From a virus (Duplodnaviria; Caudoviricetes): DNA of 64,000 nt. A program made the translations under genes and the position numbers. This document shows positions 27,523-35,281 of the stretch, piece by piece. The number at the start of each line of letters is the position of its first letter. Position 1 is the first letter of the stretch. The stretch covers positions 96,001 to 160,000 of the IMG/VR virus record IMGVR_UViG_3300016471_001002; one strand, given 5' to 3'. The notes beneath the pieces were generated by a model that searched no databases, was not told the DNA's origin, and saw only the letters and a list, made by a program, of their open reading frames with translations.

Positions 27523-27734
27523 AGCCGGGTGATTACGTTTCTGTGACTCGTTATCACAATGGTTTCCGCATGGATGACCCACCTATAACCGGTCTCCTGG
27601 TGGAACGTTGCCCATTGATGCCCTTCGATTCCTTTAAAAGATCTTTCATAATTAAGATACTGGAAACAACAGGGGAATTAAGGGAAATATTTGTGGACAA
27701 TCGTGATGTCACGAAGGTGCTAATTGGAGCCTGA
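27519..27734 (+). CDS. Small SH3/KOW-like protein
   Basis: KPGDYVS, TGLLVE. Confidence 0.6.
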   Translation: MKPGDYVSVTRYHNGFRMDDPPITGLLVERCPLMPFDSFKRSFIIKILETTGELREIFVDNRDVTKVLIGA

Positions 27735-28005
27735 GTACAAGGTCGGTGACCTGGTCCGACTCAATGTGGTCAAGAAACCCTTGGGATTGACGGTCCTCGT
27801 GGACATCAGCGGTGATGTTTTTGCGATGGAGATGAACCGTGATGGTTTGATTCCCAAGATCGTGGGACGGTTTTTCAAGGGTGATGTCGGTGTTGTTCTC
27901 CAGATCGATGATGAAACCTTCATGACTCGGATTATCACCAAGTCAGGTTTGATAGGTTGGGGAAACACTTGGGATTTTATCCCGGTGCAAAACACCGGGG
28001 GATGA
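27724..28005 (+). CDS. Small SH3/KOW-like protein
   Basis: YKVGDLVR, DVGVVLQ, KSGLIGW. Confidence 0.6.
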   Translation: MEPEYKVGDLVRLNVVKKPLGLTVLVDISGDVFAMEMNRDGLIPKIVGRFFKGDVGVVLQIDDETFMTRIITKSGLIGWGNTWDFIPVQNTGG

Positions 28006-28020
28006 TGATATTATAGAACC
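27986..28020 (+). promoter_or_regulatory. Promoter TGCAAA-N17-TATTAT-N6-ATG
   Basis: Conserved geometry, extended -10. Confidence 0.75.
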
Positions 28021-28218
28021 ATGAAGCTCGGTGACCTTCTCCTGGTGAATCCTGGAACTCATGTTCCGCCTGGTGGCCGATATTCCCAGGGTGTTGTTCT
28101 AACAAACCCTACCTCTCTGGGTTTTCTCACCATCGCGTGGCGGGATGGTAAGATCACAAGGGAATTTTTGGGTAATGTTTCCAAGTACTACACGGTGATC
28201 AACAGTGAAACCCGGTAA
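28021..28218 (+). CDS. Small SH3/KOW-like protein (close paralogue of 30280..30486)
   Basis: KLGDLLL, VPPGGRYSQGVVL. Confidence 0.62.
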   Translation: MKLGDLLLVNPGTHVPPGGRYSQGVVLTNPTSLGFLTIAWRDGKITREFLGNVSKYYTVINSETR

Positions 28219-28393
28219 ACTCGTTGTGTGGAGAGCTAGATTTCAAATGGATCTTCCTGGTGATATTGGGATCATCCTGGAACACATCCCCCATGAATCC
28301 CGTGGAAATGATCCGTTCCCCCACTGGAAGGTATTGTTTCCGGAACGCGGAGTTCTTCACTGCCGAGAATCGGATCTCCAGGAGGTTGAGTGA
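28205..28393 (+). CDS. Small SH3/KOW-like protein
   Basis: KPGKLVV, DIGIILE, DLQEV. Confidence 0.6.
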   Translation: MKPGKLVVWRARFQMDLPGDIGIILEHIPHESRGNDPFPHWKVLFPERGVLHCRESDLQEVE

Positions 28394-28578
28394 GAGTTGG
28401 TGATCTCGTTCTCTACACCAATCCCCAGAGGATGATCTCCCCCACACTCGGGATAATCACCGAGGAACACCACAACATCTCAATCGATCACCGTTTCTTC
28501 TCCGTTCTACTCCACAATGGTAGGAAACAAATCATCTCTGATCACTACCTCTCCCTCCCCGGTGAAAATCCACCGTAG
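28390..28578 (+). CDS. Small SH3/KOW-like protein
   Basis: RVGDLVL, LGIITE. Confidence 0.6.
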   Translation: MRVGDLVLYTNPQRMISPTLGIITEEHHNISIDHRFFSVLLHNGRKQIISDHYLSLPGENPP

Positions 28579-28597
28579 GATGATTTAGGATAACATC
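28563..28597 (+). promoter_or_regulatory. Promoter TGAAAA-N17-TAGGAT-N6-ATG
   Basis: Conserved geometry. Confidence 0.6.
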
Positions 28598-28813
28598 ATG
28601 AAGAACAAAAGAGGGCATCACTACTTCATTTCCTCCACCAAATCAGGAAAGATTCTTGCCCAAAGCGGGGAGAAAGGTGATGTGGAGAAGTTCTCCGAAA
28701 CATGGATTCGAGAATCTCCCCATTATGATCCAGGTGATCCAATCATCATAGAGAAGGTTACCGTGGATTGGGATGGTTTCAAAACCTCAAAAAAGATCAT
28801 CAAGGAATATTGA
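28598..28813 (+). CDS. Hypothetical protein
   Basis: 71-aa ORF behind promoter. Confidence 0.55.
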   Translation: MKNKRGHHYFISSTKSGKILAQSGEKGDVEKFSETWIRESPHYDPGDPIIIEKVTVDWDGFKTSKKIIKEY

Positions 28814-28816
28814 ACA

Positions 28817-29068
28817 ATGCCGCTCTATAGAGTAACATTCCATACAGAAATCCTCATCGATGCCCGTGATGAACGTGAGGCCGAGAGGATTGGGGATAGA
28901 AACCTAGAATCCGAGGTTAGGAACTGTGGATCCGAGGTGTATCGGATTGAGGAATTGAATTCCGTGGATCAACTCCGAAGGGCAGAGAGGGGTTCCTTAC
29001 CTTGGAGAGCAACGGAGAGAAGAGGGGAACCTGAGCTACTGGTGGAAGAGATTCTGGGAGGAAAGTGA
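28817..29068 (+). CDS. Hypothetical protein
   Basis: 83-aa ORF in chain. Confidence 0.6.
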   Translation: MPLYRVTFHTEILIDARDEREAERIGDRNLESEVRNCGSEVYRIEELNSVDQLRRAERGSLPWRATERRGEPELLVEEILGGK

Positions 29069-29071
29069 ACC

Positions 29072-29437
29072 GTGGGTACAAACTATTATCTCCACCAAAA
29101 ATCAACCTCGATGTGTGAACACTGTGGGCATGACCCCGGTGCCAAGGTGTTACACATAGGAAAATCCTCCTATGGTTGGTGTTTCTCCCTTCACATCATT
29201 CCTGAGGAAGGTATCAATTCCTTGGATGATTGGAAGTTGGCCTGGGATAAACCTGACACCAAGATCCTCAATGAATATGATGAGGTTGTCCGGCCCGAGG
29301 ACATGTTGAAGATCATCACCACTCGTGGCCCTGGAAAATGGTCACCTGAGGGAATGGATCCACAGAGACATGATGGGGATCACTGTGTTGGGCATGGAAA
29401 TGAATCATATGATCTTATCATTGGGGAATTTAGTTGA
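29072..29437 (+). CDS. Conserved phage hypothetical protein
   Basis: MGTNYY...LHIGKSSYGWCF pattern recalled from diverse phages. Confidence 0.65.
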   Translation: MGTNYYLHQKSTSMCEHCGHDPGAKVLHIGKSSYGWCFSLHIIPEEGINSLDDWKLAWDKPDTKILNEYDEVVRPEDMLKIITTRGPGKWSPEGMDPQRHDGDHCVGHGNESYDLIIGEFS

Positions 29438-29438
29438 G

Positions 29439-29473
29439 TGCAAAACACCGTGAGGGGATGATATACTGGTAAC
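29439..29473 (+). promoter_or_regulatory. Promoter TGCAAA-N17-TATACT-N6-ATG
   Basis: Conserved geometry, extended -10. Confidence 0.8.
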
Positions 29474-29686
29474 ATGGAGATCATCCGGGTACATGAACTT
29501 CAGGTTGGAAAACTGTACCGTTGGAATGAGTACATGGGTGATCAAGATGAGATCTTCATGGTGGTTGGAAACCCCATCGATGGAGTATCTCAGGATGTTC
29601 ACTATGTGGAAGTAATTTCCAGTAAGTTTTCCCACAATAAAATGATGGTTTTCTCCTCCGATCGATTCAACGAGGTGATGGAATGA
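29474..29686 (+). CDS. Small SH3/KOW-like protein
   Basis: LQVGKLYR, FMVVG, VEVI. Confidence 0.55.
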   Translation: MEIIRVHELQVGKLYRWNEYMGDQDEIFMVVGNPIDGVSQDVHYVEVISSKFSHNKMMVFSSDRFNEVME

Positions 29687-29910
29687 AGCCCAGTTCCGGT
29701 ATGGTTCCAGGTGTTCTGGTTAGAAACCGTTGCTATATGCATTTTTATCTCACCGCGGAAAGTGTTAACCGTGGAATTCCGAAGGAAGGAATTCCTATGG
29801 ATTCCATCAGTACTGTTCTCACCCCGCCTAACGGAACCTGGATCAAGGTTCTGTGTGATGGTAAGATCGGCTGGGTTAACTGGACCCTGTGGCTTGAGGT
29901 GATCCAGTGA
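29683..29910 (+). CDS. Small SH3/KOW-like protein
   Basis: PGVLVR, KVLCDGKIGW, LEVI. Confidence 0.6.
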   Translation: MKPSSGMVPGVLVRNRCYMHFYLTAESVNRGIPKEGIPMDSISTVLTPPNGTWIKVLCDGKIGWVNWTLWLEVIQ

Positions 29911-30098
29911 AACCAGGTGATCTGGTTAGGTTAACTCGTTTCGATGAGATACCTTTCATTGGTGTTTATCTCGGCCCATCCAATAGATTTGATGAGAAGA
30001 GACAACCTTATGAGGGGAGGTTCGTGTTGAACACCGGAATCATTAAAGATGTTGATTTCGGAAACCATTTGGTTTGGAACTTCGAGGTGATGAAGTGA
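29907..30098 (+). CDS. Small SH3/KOW-like protein
   Basis: KPGDLVR, IGVYLG, FEVM. Confidence 0.6.
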   Translation: MKPGDLVRLTRFDEIPFIGVYLGPSNRFDEKRQPYEGRFVLNTGIIKDVDFGNHLVWNFEVMK

Positions 30099-30283
30099 AA
30101 CTATCTCTCGGTGATATGGTTTTCGTGAGGGATTCTCTCTTTGTTCCTCCAACAAAACCGTTAATCATCATTGATATCTACAAGGTAGGGCTTTCTTCGT
30201 ATCCCTACTTCGTGGTTGTGGATCCAAACACCGGTGAAAAGTTTACTTACCAGAAACACGATCTTTCGGAGGATCCTCTGTGA
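30095..30283 (+). CDS. Small SH3/KOW-like protein
   Basis: GTG start, LGDMVFV, LIIID. Confidence 0.55.
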   Translation: MKLSLGDMVFVRDSLFVPPTKPLIIIDIYKVGLSSYPYFVVVDPNTGEKFTYQKHDLSEDPL

Positions 30284-30486
30284 GTTTTTGTGTTGGTGAT
30301 TTACTCCTCGTGGCACCGGGTTCATATGTTCCACCGGGTGGAAGATATTCCCAGGGGATTGTTTTATCTGATCCTGATCCAGGTTTCCGTACCGTGTATG
30401 TGGCCTGGTATGATGGTAAGATCACCCAGGAATTGGTGAGTAACCTTTTGAAATCCTACGTGAGGATCACCAATGATTCTAGGTGA
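30280..30486 (+). CDS. Small SH3/KOW-like protein (close paralogue of 28021..28218)
   Basis: VGDLLL, VPPGGRYSQGIVL. Confidence 0.62.
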   Translation: MSFCVGDLLLVAPGSYVPPGGRYSQGIVLSDPDPGFRTVYVAWYDGKITQELVSNLLKSYVRITNDSR

Positions 30487-30697
30487 TCTTCTCCAGGCAA
30501 AGAGTAAAATCCAGGTTGGTGTGGTTCGGATCTACAGGGAGCCCCAATGTGATTCATGGGAAACACACACGATAAAGGGTGAAACATTCCTTCTATTGGA
30601 GGAACACAAGAATCAGTGGGGCCAGGATGTTTGTAAGGTTCTATTTCCCTGGGGAATCCGTTGGGTTTACCGGTTGGATGTGGAGGTGGTGGAATGA
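30473..30697 (+). CDS. Small SH3/KOW-like protein
   Basis: ILGDLLQ, CKVLFPWGIRW, VEVV. Confidence 0.6.
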   Translation: MILGDLLQAKSKIQVGVVRIYREPQCDSWETHTIKGETFLLLEEHKNQWGQDVCKVLFPWGIRWVYRLDVEVVE

Positions 30698-30885
30698 AAA
30701 GGGGAACCTTGGTTCGATTCAACGTTTCCATCTATTCTGATTGGGGTTTGGGGATTCTCCTCGGTGAGAAACCGATTGTGGATAGAGAAGGTAGGAATCA
30801 CCGTGGATTTTATGATGTTTTAACCCAGTGTGGAGTTAAACTAGTTTCCAGTGAATACTTTGAGAGGTTGAGTTGGGATGTTTAG
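30694..30885 (+). CDS. Small SH3/KOW-like protein
   Basis: KRGTLVR, LGILLG, DVLTQCG. Confidence 0.6.
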   Translation: MKRGTLVRFNVSIYSDWGLGILLGEKPIVDREGRNHRGFYDVLTQCGVKLVSSEYFERLSWDV

Positions 30886-31111
30886 CATTGGTGATTTGGT
30901 GAGGATGAAGAAAGTTTATAGTTCCACACCACTTTTTTCCACCTGGGGAAACAAGGAAGGTGGTGATAAACCCATTGGAACCATTCAACCAGGTGAGATC
31001 GGTGTTGTTCTTGAAACAACCCAACCTCGAGGTGGAAACGGGGCACGGATCATGGTATCCGGTGGGAAGATCGGTTGGGTTAATCTTATTTTCCTGGAGA
31101 ATGAAACATGA
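30878..31111 (+). CDS. Small SH3/KOW-like protein
   Basis: SIGDLVR, EIGVVLE, GKIGWV. Confidence 0.62.
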   Translation: MFSIGDLVRMKKVYSSTPLFSTWGNKEGGDKPIGTIQPGEIGVVLETTQPRGGNGARIMVSGGKIGWVNLIFLENET

Positions 31112-31308
31112 AACCTGGGGATCTTCTCAAATTCATCCATATTGTTGATCTAATGGATCCGATTTACCGTGAATCCGGGTGGAAGTTTGGGATCTACCTG
31201 GAGCACAAAAACATTAAGTTCAGTGGTGAAACCATAAAGGTTATCGATTCCGACGGGAAGATAAACCACTATCCTCAGGATTCATATCATTTCCAGGTGG
31301 TGGAATGA
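31108..31308 (+). CDS. Small SH3/KOW-like protein
   Basis: KPGDLLK, FGIYLE, FQVV. Confidence 0.6.
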   Translation: MKPGDLLKFIHIVDLMDPIYRESGWKFGIYLEHKNIKFSGETIKVIDSDGKINHYPQDSYHFQVVE

Positions 31309-31478
31309 TTCCATCTCCAGGTGATTTGGTAAAAGTGAAAGGCTACAGAACAGATTCACTCGGGTTGATTATCGATATTCAAGGTGGAACTGGTTTGTAC
31401 CGGGTTTGGTTGCTCGGCCAACCTGATCTCTATAAGGTTTTCCGGTATTCCAAGGAGATGTTGGAGGTTGTGGGGTGA
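31305..31478 (+). CDS. Small SH3/KOW-like protein (57 aa, absent from ORF track)
   Basis: Translated by hand: MIPSPGDLVKVKGYRTDSLGLIIDIQGGTGLYRVWLLGQPDLYKVFRYSKEMLEVVG; overlaps both neighbours. Confidence 0.6.
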   Translation: MIPSPGDLVKVKGYRTDSLGLIIDIQGGTGLYRVWLLGQPDLYKVFRYSKEMLEVVG

Positions 31479-31660
31479 GAAACAATGATATCCCCAGTAT
31501 CAATCAGGTGGTACCTGGATCCCTGGTTATCCACCGTTACACCCCTGAGATCGGTGTGGTTCTCCGCGTTTCCTGGAACATGGTTGAGGTTCTACTTGGA
31601 AACTCCACCGTGAAGTGGGAGATGAATGGATTCAGAAGTACCTATAGGAATCTCCAGTGA
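31475..31660 (+). CDS. Small SH3/KOW-like protein
   Basis: VPGSLVI, EIGVVLR. Confidence 0.58.
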   Translation: MRNNDIPSINQVVPGSLVIHRYTPEIGVVLRVSWNMVEVLLGNSTVKWEMNGFRSTYRNLQ

Positions 31661-31884
31661 GAATCGGTGATATGGTTCAACTCAGCCCCTCCCACAAGAG
31701 TTACGTTAACATGTATGAGGAGGATGATCTGAACCGAATAGAGAACGGTGAAAGGTTCTACCGGAATGATATAGGATTGGTTCTGGAGAGCCAAGGGAAC
31801 GGGGAATACATCCACTTCAAGGTTTTAACTCCCCGCGGGGCAATGGGGTGGATCCATAACTTCCACCTGGAGTTGGTGAGATGA
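31657..31884 (+). CDS. Small SH3/KOW-like protein
   Basis: RIGDMVQ, DIGLVLE, KVLTPRGAMGW, LELVR. Confidence 0.62.
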   Translation: MRIGDMVQLSPSHKSYVNMYEEDDLNRIENGERFYRNDIGLVLESQGNGEYIHFKVLTPRGAMGWIHNFHLELVR

Positions 31885-32084
31885 AACCCGGAGATTTGGT
31901 TTTAATCTCCGCGGATTTTCTGGAACCACATGAACCCCGTGTGGGGATATTCTGGAGTGATAAGGTTCCACTGGATGAATGGGGAGATCAGGTTGCAGGT
32001 GAGTGTGATTGTATCGTTTTCTGGAACGAAGATTTCATTCCTTTCATATGGGAAAACCTAACACTCCTCTCGGAGGTACCATGA
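31881..32084 (+). CDS. Small SH3/KOW-like protein
   Basis: KPGDLVL, VGIFW. Confidence 0.6.
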   Translation: MKPGDLVLISADFLEPHEPRVGIFWSDKVPLDEWGDQVAGECDCIVFWNEDFIPFIWENLTLLSEVP

Positions 32085-32272
32085 AACGGGGTGATCTGGT
32101 AAAAATCACCCATCAAAAAACAGGAGAGGGTGAGGTGGTGGTGTGTTACAAACCGGAGGTAATCAGGTGTTTCAATCACTATGGTTCTTATCATGGAATC
32201 CAGATGATCAATTCCAACGGAACCATTGTTTGTTACCCGGTGGATCGTTGGAGTTTTGAGGTGATCCGGTGA
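32081..32272 (+). CDS. Small SH3/KOW-like protein
   Basis: KRGDLVK, FEVIR. Confidence 0.6.
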   Translation: MKRGDLVKITHQKTGEGEVVVCYKPEVIRCFNHYGSYHGIQMINSNGTIVCYPVDRWSFEVIR

Positions 32273-32472
32273 GAGTTGGAGATCTAGTTCGTTTCCGAAC
32301 CGGGAGGAAACTAATCACCAGGGATATCACCTGGGATACAGGATTGATACTTGAGATATTCCTCGATGATTTTGATGGGGGAGATAAGTGCAAAATTCTG
32401 GATTCCAGTGGTAGAATTAAATGGATTCGTTCCCATGGAACCGAGGTATTGAACCACAATGAAACCTGGTGA
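32269..32472 (+). CDS. Small SH3/KOW-like protein
   Basis: RVGDLVR, TGLILE, KILDSSG. Confidence 0.62.
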   Translation: MRVGDLVRFRTGRKLITRDITWDTGLILEIFLDDFDGGDKCKILDSSGRIKWIRSHGTEVLNHNETW

Positions 32473-32707
32473 TATGGTTAGTGTGAAGGATGGTGATAAA
32501 GGTAACACCTACTGGTTATACCATCCTGAATCCCCAATTACCATTAACCTCATCCCCACCGATATTCGGTTTGGATTCTCAGATACCGGTTTGATATTGG
32601 AATCCCATGTGAACACTGGGATGTACCCTTACGCAACCTTCCTCAAGATTCTCACCCCTCGGGGAATCGGTTGGGCAAATGAGAATTGGGTGGAGGTTCT
32701 ACTGTGA
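32459..32707 (+). CDS. Small SH3/KOW-like protein
   Basis: KPGDMVS, DTGLILE, KILTPRGIGW. Confidence 0.62.
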   Translation: MKPGDMVSVKDGDKGNTYWLYHPESPITINLIPTDIRFGFSDTGLILESHVNTGMYPYATFLKILTPRGIGWANENWVEVLL

Positions 32708-32973
32708 AACCTGGATCACAAGTTCGTTTAATTCCTGAGTTGGAAGGTAACGAGGATTACAAGATCCTCTGGGATGATCCACCGGATTTCACTTCAATCT
32801 ACAGGAAGAACCACACCGGGAGGTTCCGTTACACCGAGGTTGGAATGGTTCTTGAACAAAGATATGTTTCCGATGATAACCTACCTCTTCACGTTCAAAC
32901 CACCTGGATCAAGGTTCTATGTTCCTCAGGAATCGGTTGGATTAAAAGATGTGATCTGGAGTTGGTGAGATGA
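32704..32973 (+). CDS. Small SH3/KOW-like protein
   Basis: KPGSQVR, EVGMVLE, KVLCSSGIGW, LELVR. Confidence 0.62.
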   Translation: MKPGSQVRLIPELEGNEDYKILWDDPPDFTSIYRKNHTGRFRYTEVGMVLEQRYVSDDNLPLHVQTTWIKVLCSSGIGWIKRCDLELVR

Positions 32974-33176
32974 AGATCGGAAATCTTATTCGAATCACTC
33001 GGTTCTTCAAGGATTGGAAGATCAACACCACCACCGGTGTTCTACTACATTTTTGCCCCGTGGAACCAATCAAGGATACCCATAAAAAATCTTTCAATAT
33101 TCGGATGTTGGAAACCAACGGGGAAATTCAGGATTTTATTCTGGTTCCGGAGGATGGGATTGAGGTGTTGGGGTGA
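32970..33176 (+). CDS. Small SH3/KOW-like protein
   Basis: KIGNLIR, TGVLL, IEVL. Confidence 0.6.
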   Translation: MKIGNLIRITRFFKDWKINTTTGVLLHFCPVEPIKDTHKKSFNIRMLETNGEIQDFILVPEDGIEVLG

Positions 33177-33370
33177 GAAAACCAGGTGATATGGTTCGAA
33201 TCTCCTCCAAAACCGATGGTGATATTGATGGAAAACTTGCCACCGTTATCGAGCATGTGGATGAGAACCTCCGTTCCGGGAGGATGTGTTACACCAAGGT
33301 TTTCCTCATGATTTCCGGGGTTCCTGTTTTTAGGTACCTCTGCCCGGATTCACTGGAGTTGGTGAGATGA
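33173..33370 (+). CDS. Small SH3/KOW-like protein
   Basis: KPGDMVR, ATVIE, LELVR. Confidence 0.6.
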   Translation: MRKPGDMVRISSKTDGDIDGKLATVIEHVDENLRSGRMCYTKVFLMISGVPVFRYLCPDSLELVR

Positions 33371-33594
33371 AAAATAGAACACTTTTATCTCTAGGTGATC
33401 CAGTTATTTGTACCCCTTTCAAATGGGAAAACAATCCTGAAGTGGATTCTCCACCGTTTGTGGGGATGTGGATGGGGAGTAGAAGGAATGAATGGAATCC
33501 ATCCGAATATAATGTTCTCGGCCCGGATGGGTTGGTTTGGTTGTGGAGTAACCGTTGGGCGGTGGAGAGGATCAATGAAACCGAACCTCGGTGA
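33367..33594 (+). CDS. Small SH3/KOW-like protein
   Basis: LGDPVI, YNVLGPDGLVW. Confidence 0.55.
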   Translation: MKNRTLLSLGDPVICTPFKWENNPEVDSPPFVGMWMGSRRNEWNPSEYNVLGPDGLVWLWSNRWAVERINETEPR

Positions 33595-33784
33595 GTTGTG
33601 GATGGTGAGTGATACCGTTAGGGTAACCGTTGGAAACAAGGTTGCAACTTTCCGCCTATCCGGGCCGGGTTTGGTGGTGAAAATCCATGAGAACCGCGAT
33701 GAATACGGAGATTATTACACCGTGTTCTGGGGTGGAAAAACATCGGAACTATTCCGGGATAATTTTGTGGAGAGGATATCTTGA
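33575..33784 (+). CDS. Small SH3/KOW-like protein
   Basis: LGELW, GLVVK, YTVFWGG. Confidence 0.55.
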   Translation: MKPNLGELWMVSDTVRVTVGNKVATFRLSGPGLVVKIHENRDEYGDYYTVFWGGKTSELFRDNFVERIS

Positions 33785-33981
33785 AATTATCTCCTGGAAA
33801 TCTAATCAGAATCTATCTCCTACCACACCGAGATGAGTTACGGAACGGTGGGATTGTTGTTGGGAAATCCAATGAATTCGGTTCTGATTTCTATGATGTT
33901 CTGGAACTTGGAACCGGGCGGATGATTTATGTTCCAGTGAACAGTATCGGGAAGAAGTATGAGATTGAGGTGTTTGGGTGA
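33781..33981 (+). CDS. Small SH3/KOW-like protein
   Basis: SPGNLIR, GGIVVG, IEVF. Confidence 0.58.
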   Translation: MKLSPGNLIRIYLLPHRDELRNGGIVVGKSNEFGSDFYDVLELGTGRMIYVPVNSIGKKYEIEVFG

Positions 33982-34241
33982 GTAAATTTAACCCCGGTGA
34001 TTCGGTTCGGATCAGATCTGATCCAAATCACCCAACGGATCAACATCGAATTTACGATTTCCCGGAGAAGATCCGCTGGGCTGGAGAATCCATAGTTCCT
34101 CGGAGTTTCATCGGTAAGGTTCCGGGTGGTTCAATTGGAATCGTGGTGGAGATAAAAGAGGAACAGTGTAAGGTTCTGTTTTTCGGTGGTGAGGTTTTCG
34201 GATGGGTGAGTGAGAACAAATTAGTTGGGGAGGCAGAGTGA
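33978..34241 (+). CDS. Small SH3/KOW-like protein
   Basis: FNPGDSVR, SIGIVVE, EVFGWV. Confidence 0.62.
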   Translation: MSKFNPGDSVRIRSDPNHPTDQHRIYDFPEKIRWAGESIVPRSFIGKVPGGSIGIVVEIKEEQCKVLFFGGEVFGWVSENKLVGEAE

Positions 34242-34257
34242 ATCTAGGAAAACTTTT

Positions 34258-35151
34258 TCAACCTTCCCGTTGAAGTTTTTCTAACCTTTTCTTTTCCCGC
34301 CCTAATCTCTGTTTTTCCTTCACCATTGCTCTATATTCAGGATTTTCCCACTGTTTCTTTCTTATTTCACTCATCTTTTTCCTGTGCTCAGGATCCTCCC
34401 ACATTTTCTTACTCGATTCAGAAATCTTTTCTTTATACTCAGGATCCTCCCACTTTTTCTTGCTGGATTCAGAAATCTTTTCTCTATACTCAGGATCCTC
34501 CCACTTTTTTTTATGTGATTCTCTCATCTTTTCTCTATATTCAGGATTTTCCCACTGTTTCTTTACTGATTCGCTTAATTTTCCCCTGCGTTCAGGACCC
34601 TCCCACACCTTCTTTCTAGATTTACTCATCTTTTCCTTGTGCTCAGGATCCTCCCACATTTTCTTTTGAGTTTCGCTCATCTTTTTTCTTTGTTCAGGAT
34701 CTTCACACCTTTTTTTATGTGATTCACGCATCTTTTTTTTGAACATGGGATCTTCCCACATCTTCTTACTTTTTTCCTGATGTTTTTTTCTTTGTTCAGG
34801 ATCTTCGAGCCTTTTTTTATGTGATTCACTCATCTTTTTTTTAACTTCTTCAGTGTACTTGTATCCTGAAACACCATCTCCACCAAGGGTAAAATTCGCT
34901 CCACCTTTTCCATGATGAACATATGTTTGAAGTTCCCCAATGAGTTGAATCTCTTTCTCAAATGATTCTTGCTCACTGCGAGTTTCAAAAACAATTTCTC
35001 TGATGATCCCATGCTTGTTTTTGATTCTTGTGTGAAGATGATTTCTTTCTAGATCTTTAACTCTACTTTCATCACCTTTCCCAACGTAGAAGGGCTTTCT
35101 ATCATCACCTCTGAAATCAACATACACGAAGAATTTCTTCTCAATTTCCAT
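34258..35151 (-). mobile_element. GIY-YIG-family homing endonuclease with ten 17-aa (51-bp) WEDPE repeats (NUMOD3-like)
   Basis: FVYVD...FYVGKG...R...E...N(FTLGGDG) nuclease pattern; repeat KKxWEDPEYREKxSES. Confidence 0.75.
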
Positions 35152-35281
35152 ATCAATAAATATACTCTAAGTACCTAAAAAGATAACAAAAACAATGGTT
35201 TTTGATAGGTTTTATGTAAATTTAAGGGATCATAGAGTAGAAAATTATAAGATTGAGAAGTTATAGTTTGTTCGGAGAAAA

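Larger units (their letters stand above)
24881..34241 (+). other. Tandem array of 39 small SH3/KOW-like genes with three unrelated genes interspersed
   Basis: Repeated [K/R]-x-G-D-L-V start, central G-x-V/I-L-E strand, K-V-L...G-W hairpin and L-E-V-V end; nearly all joined by overlaps. Confidence 0.75.

Noticed and set aside
28021-30486. Diversity-generating retroelement template/variable pair
   Set aside because: Differences are not confined to adenines, are mostly synonymous, and no reverse transcriptase is in the window.
24881-34241. Stop-codon recoding fragmenting long genes
   Set aside because: Successive ORFs are in different frames with 1-4-nt overlaps and each has its own N-terminal motif and SD, so read-through would not fuse them. 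Long genes are intact under the standard code.
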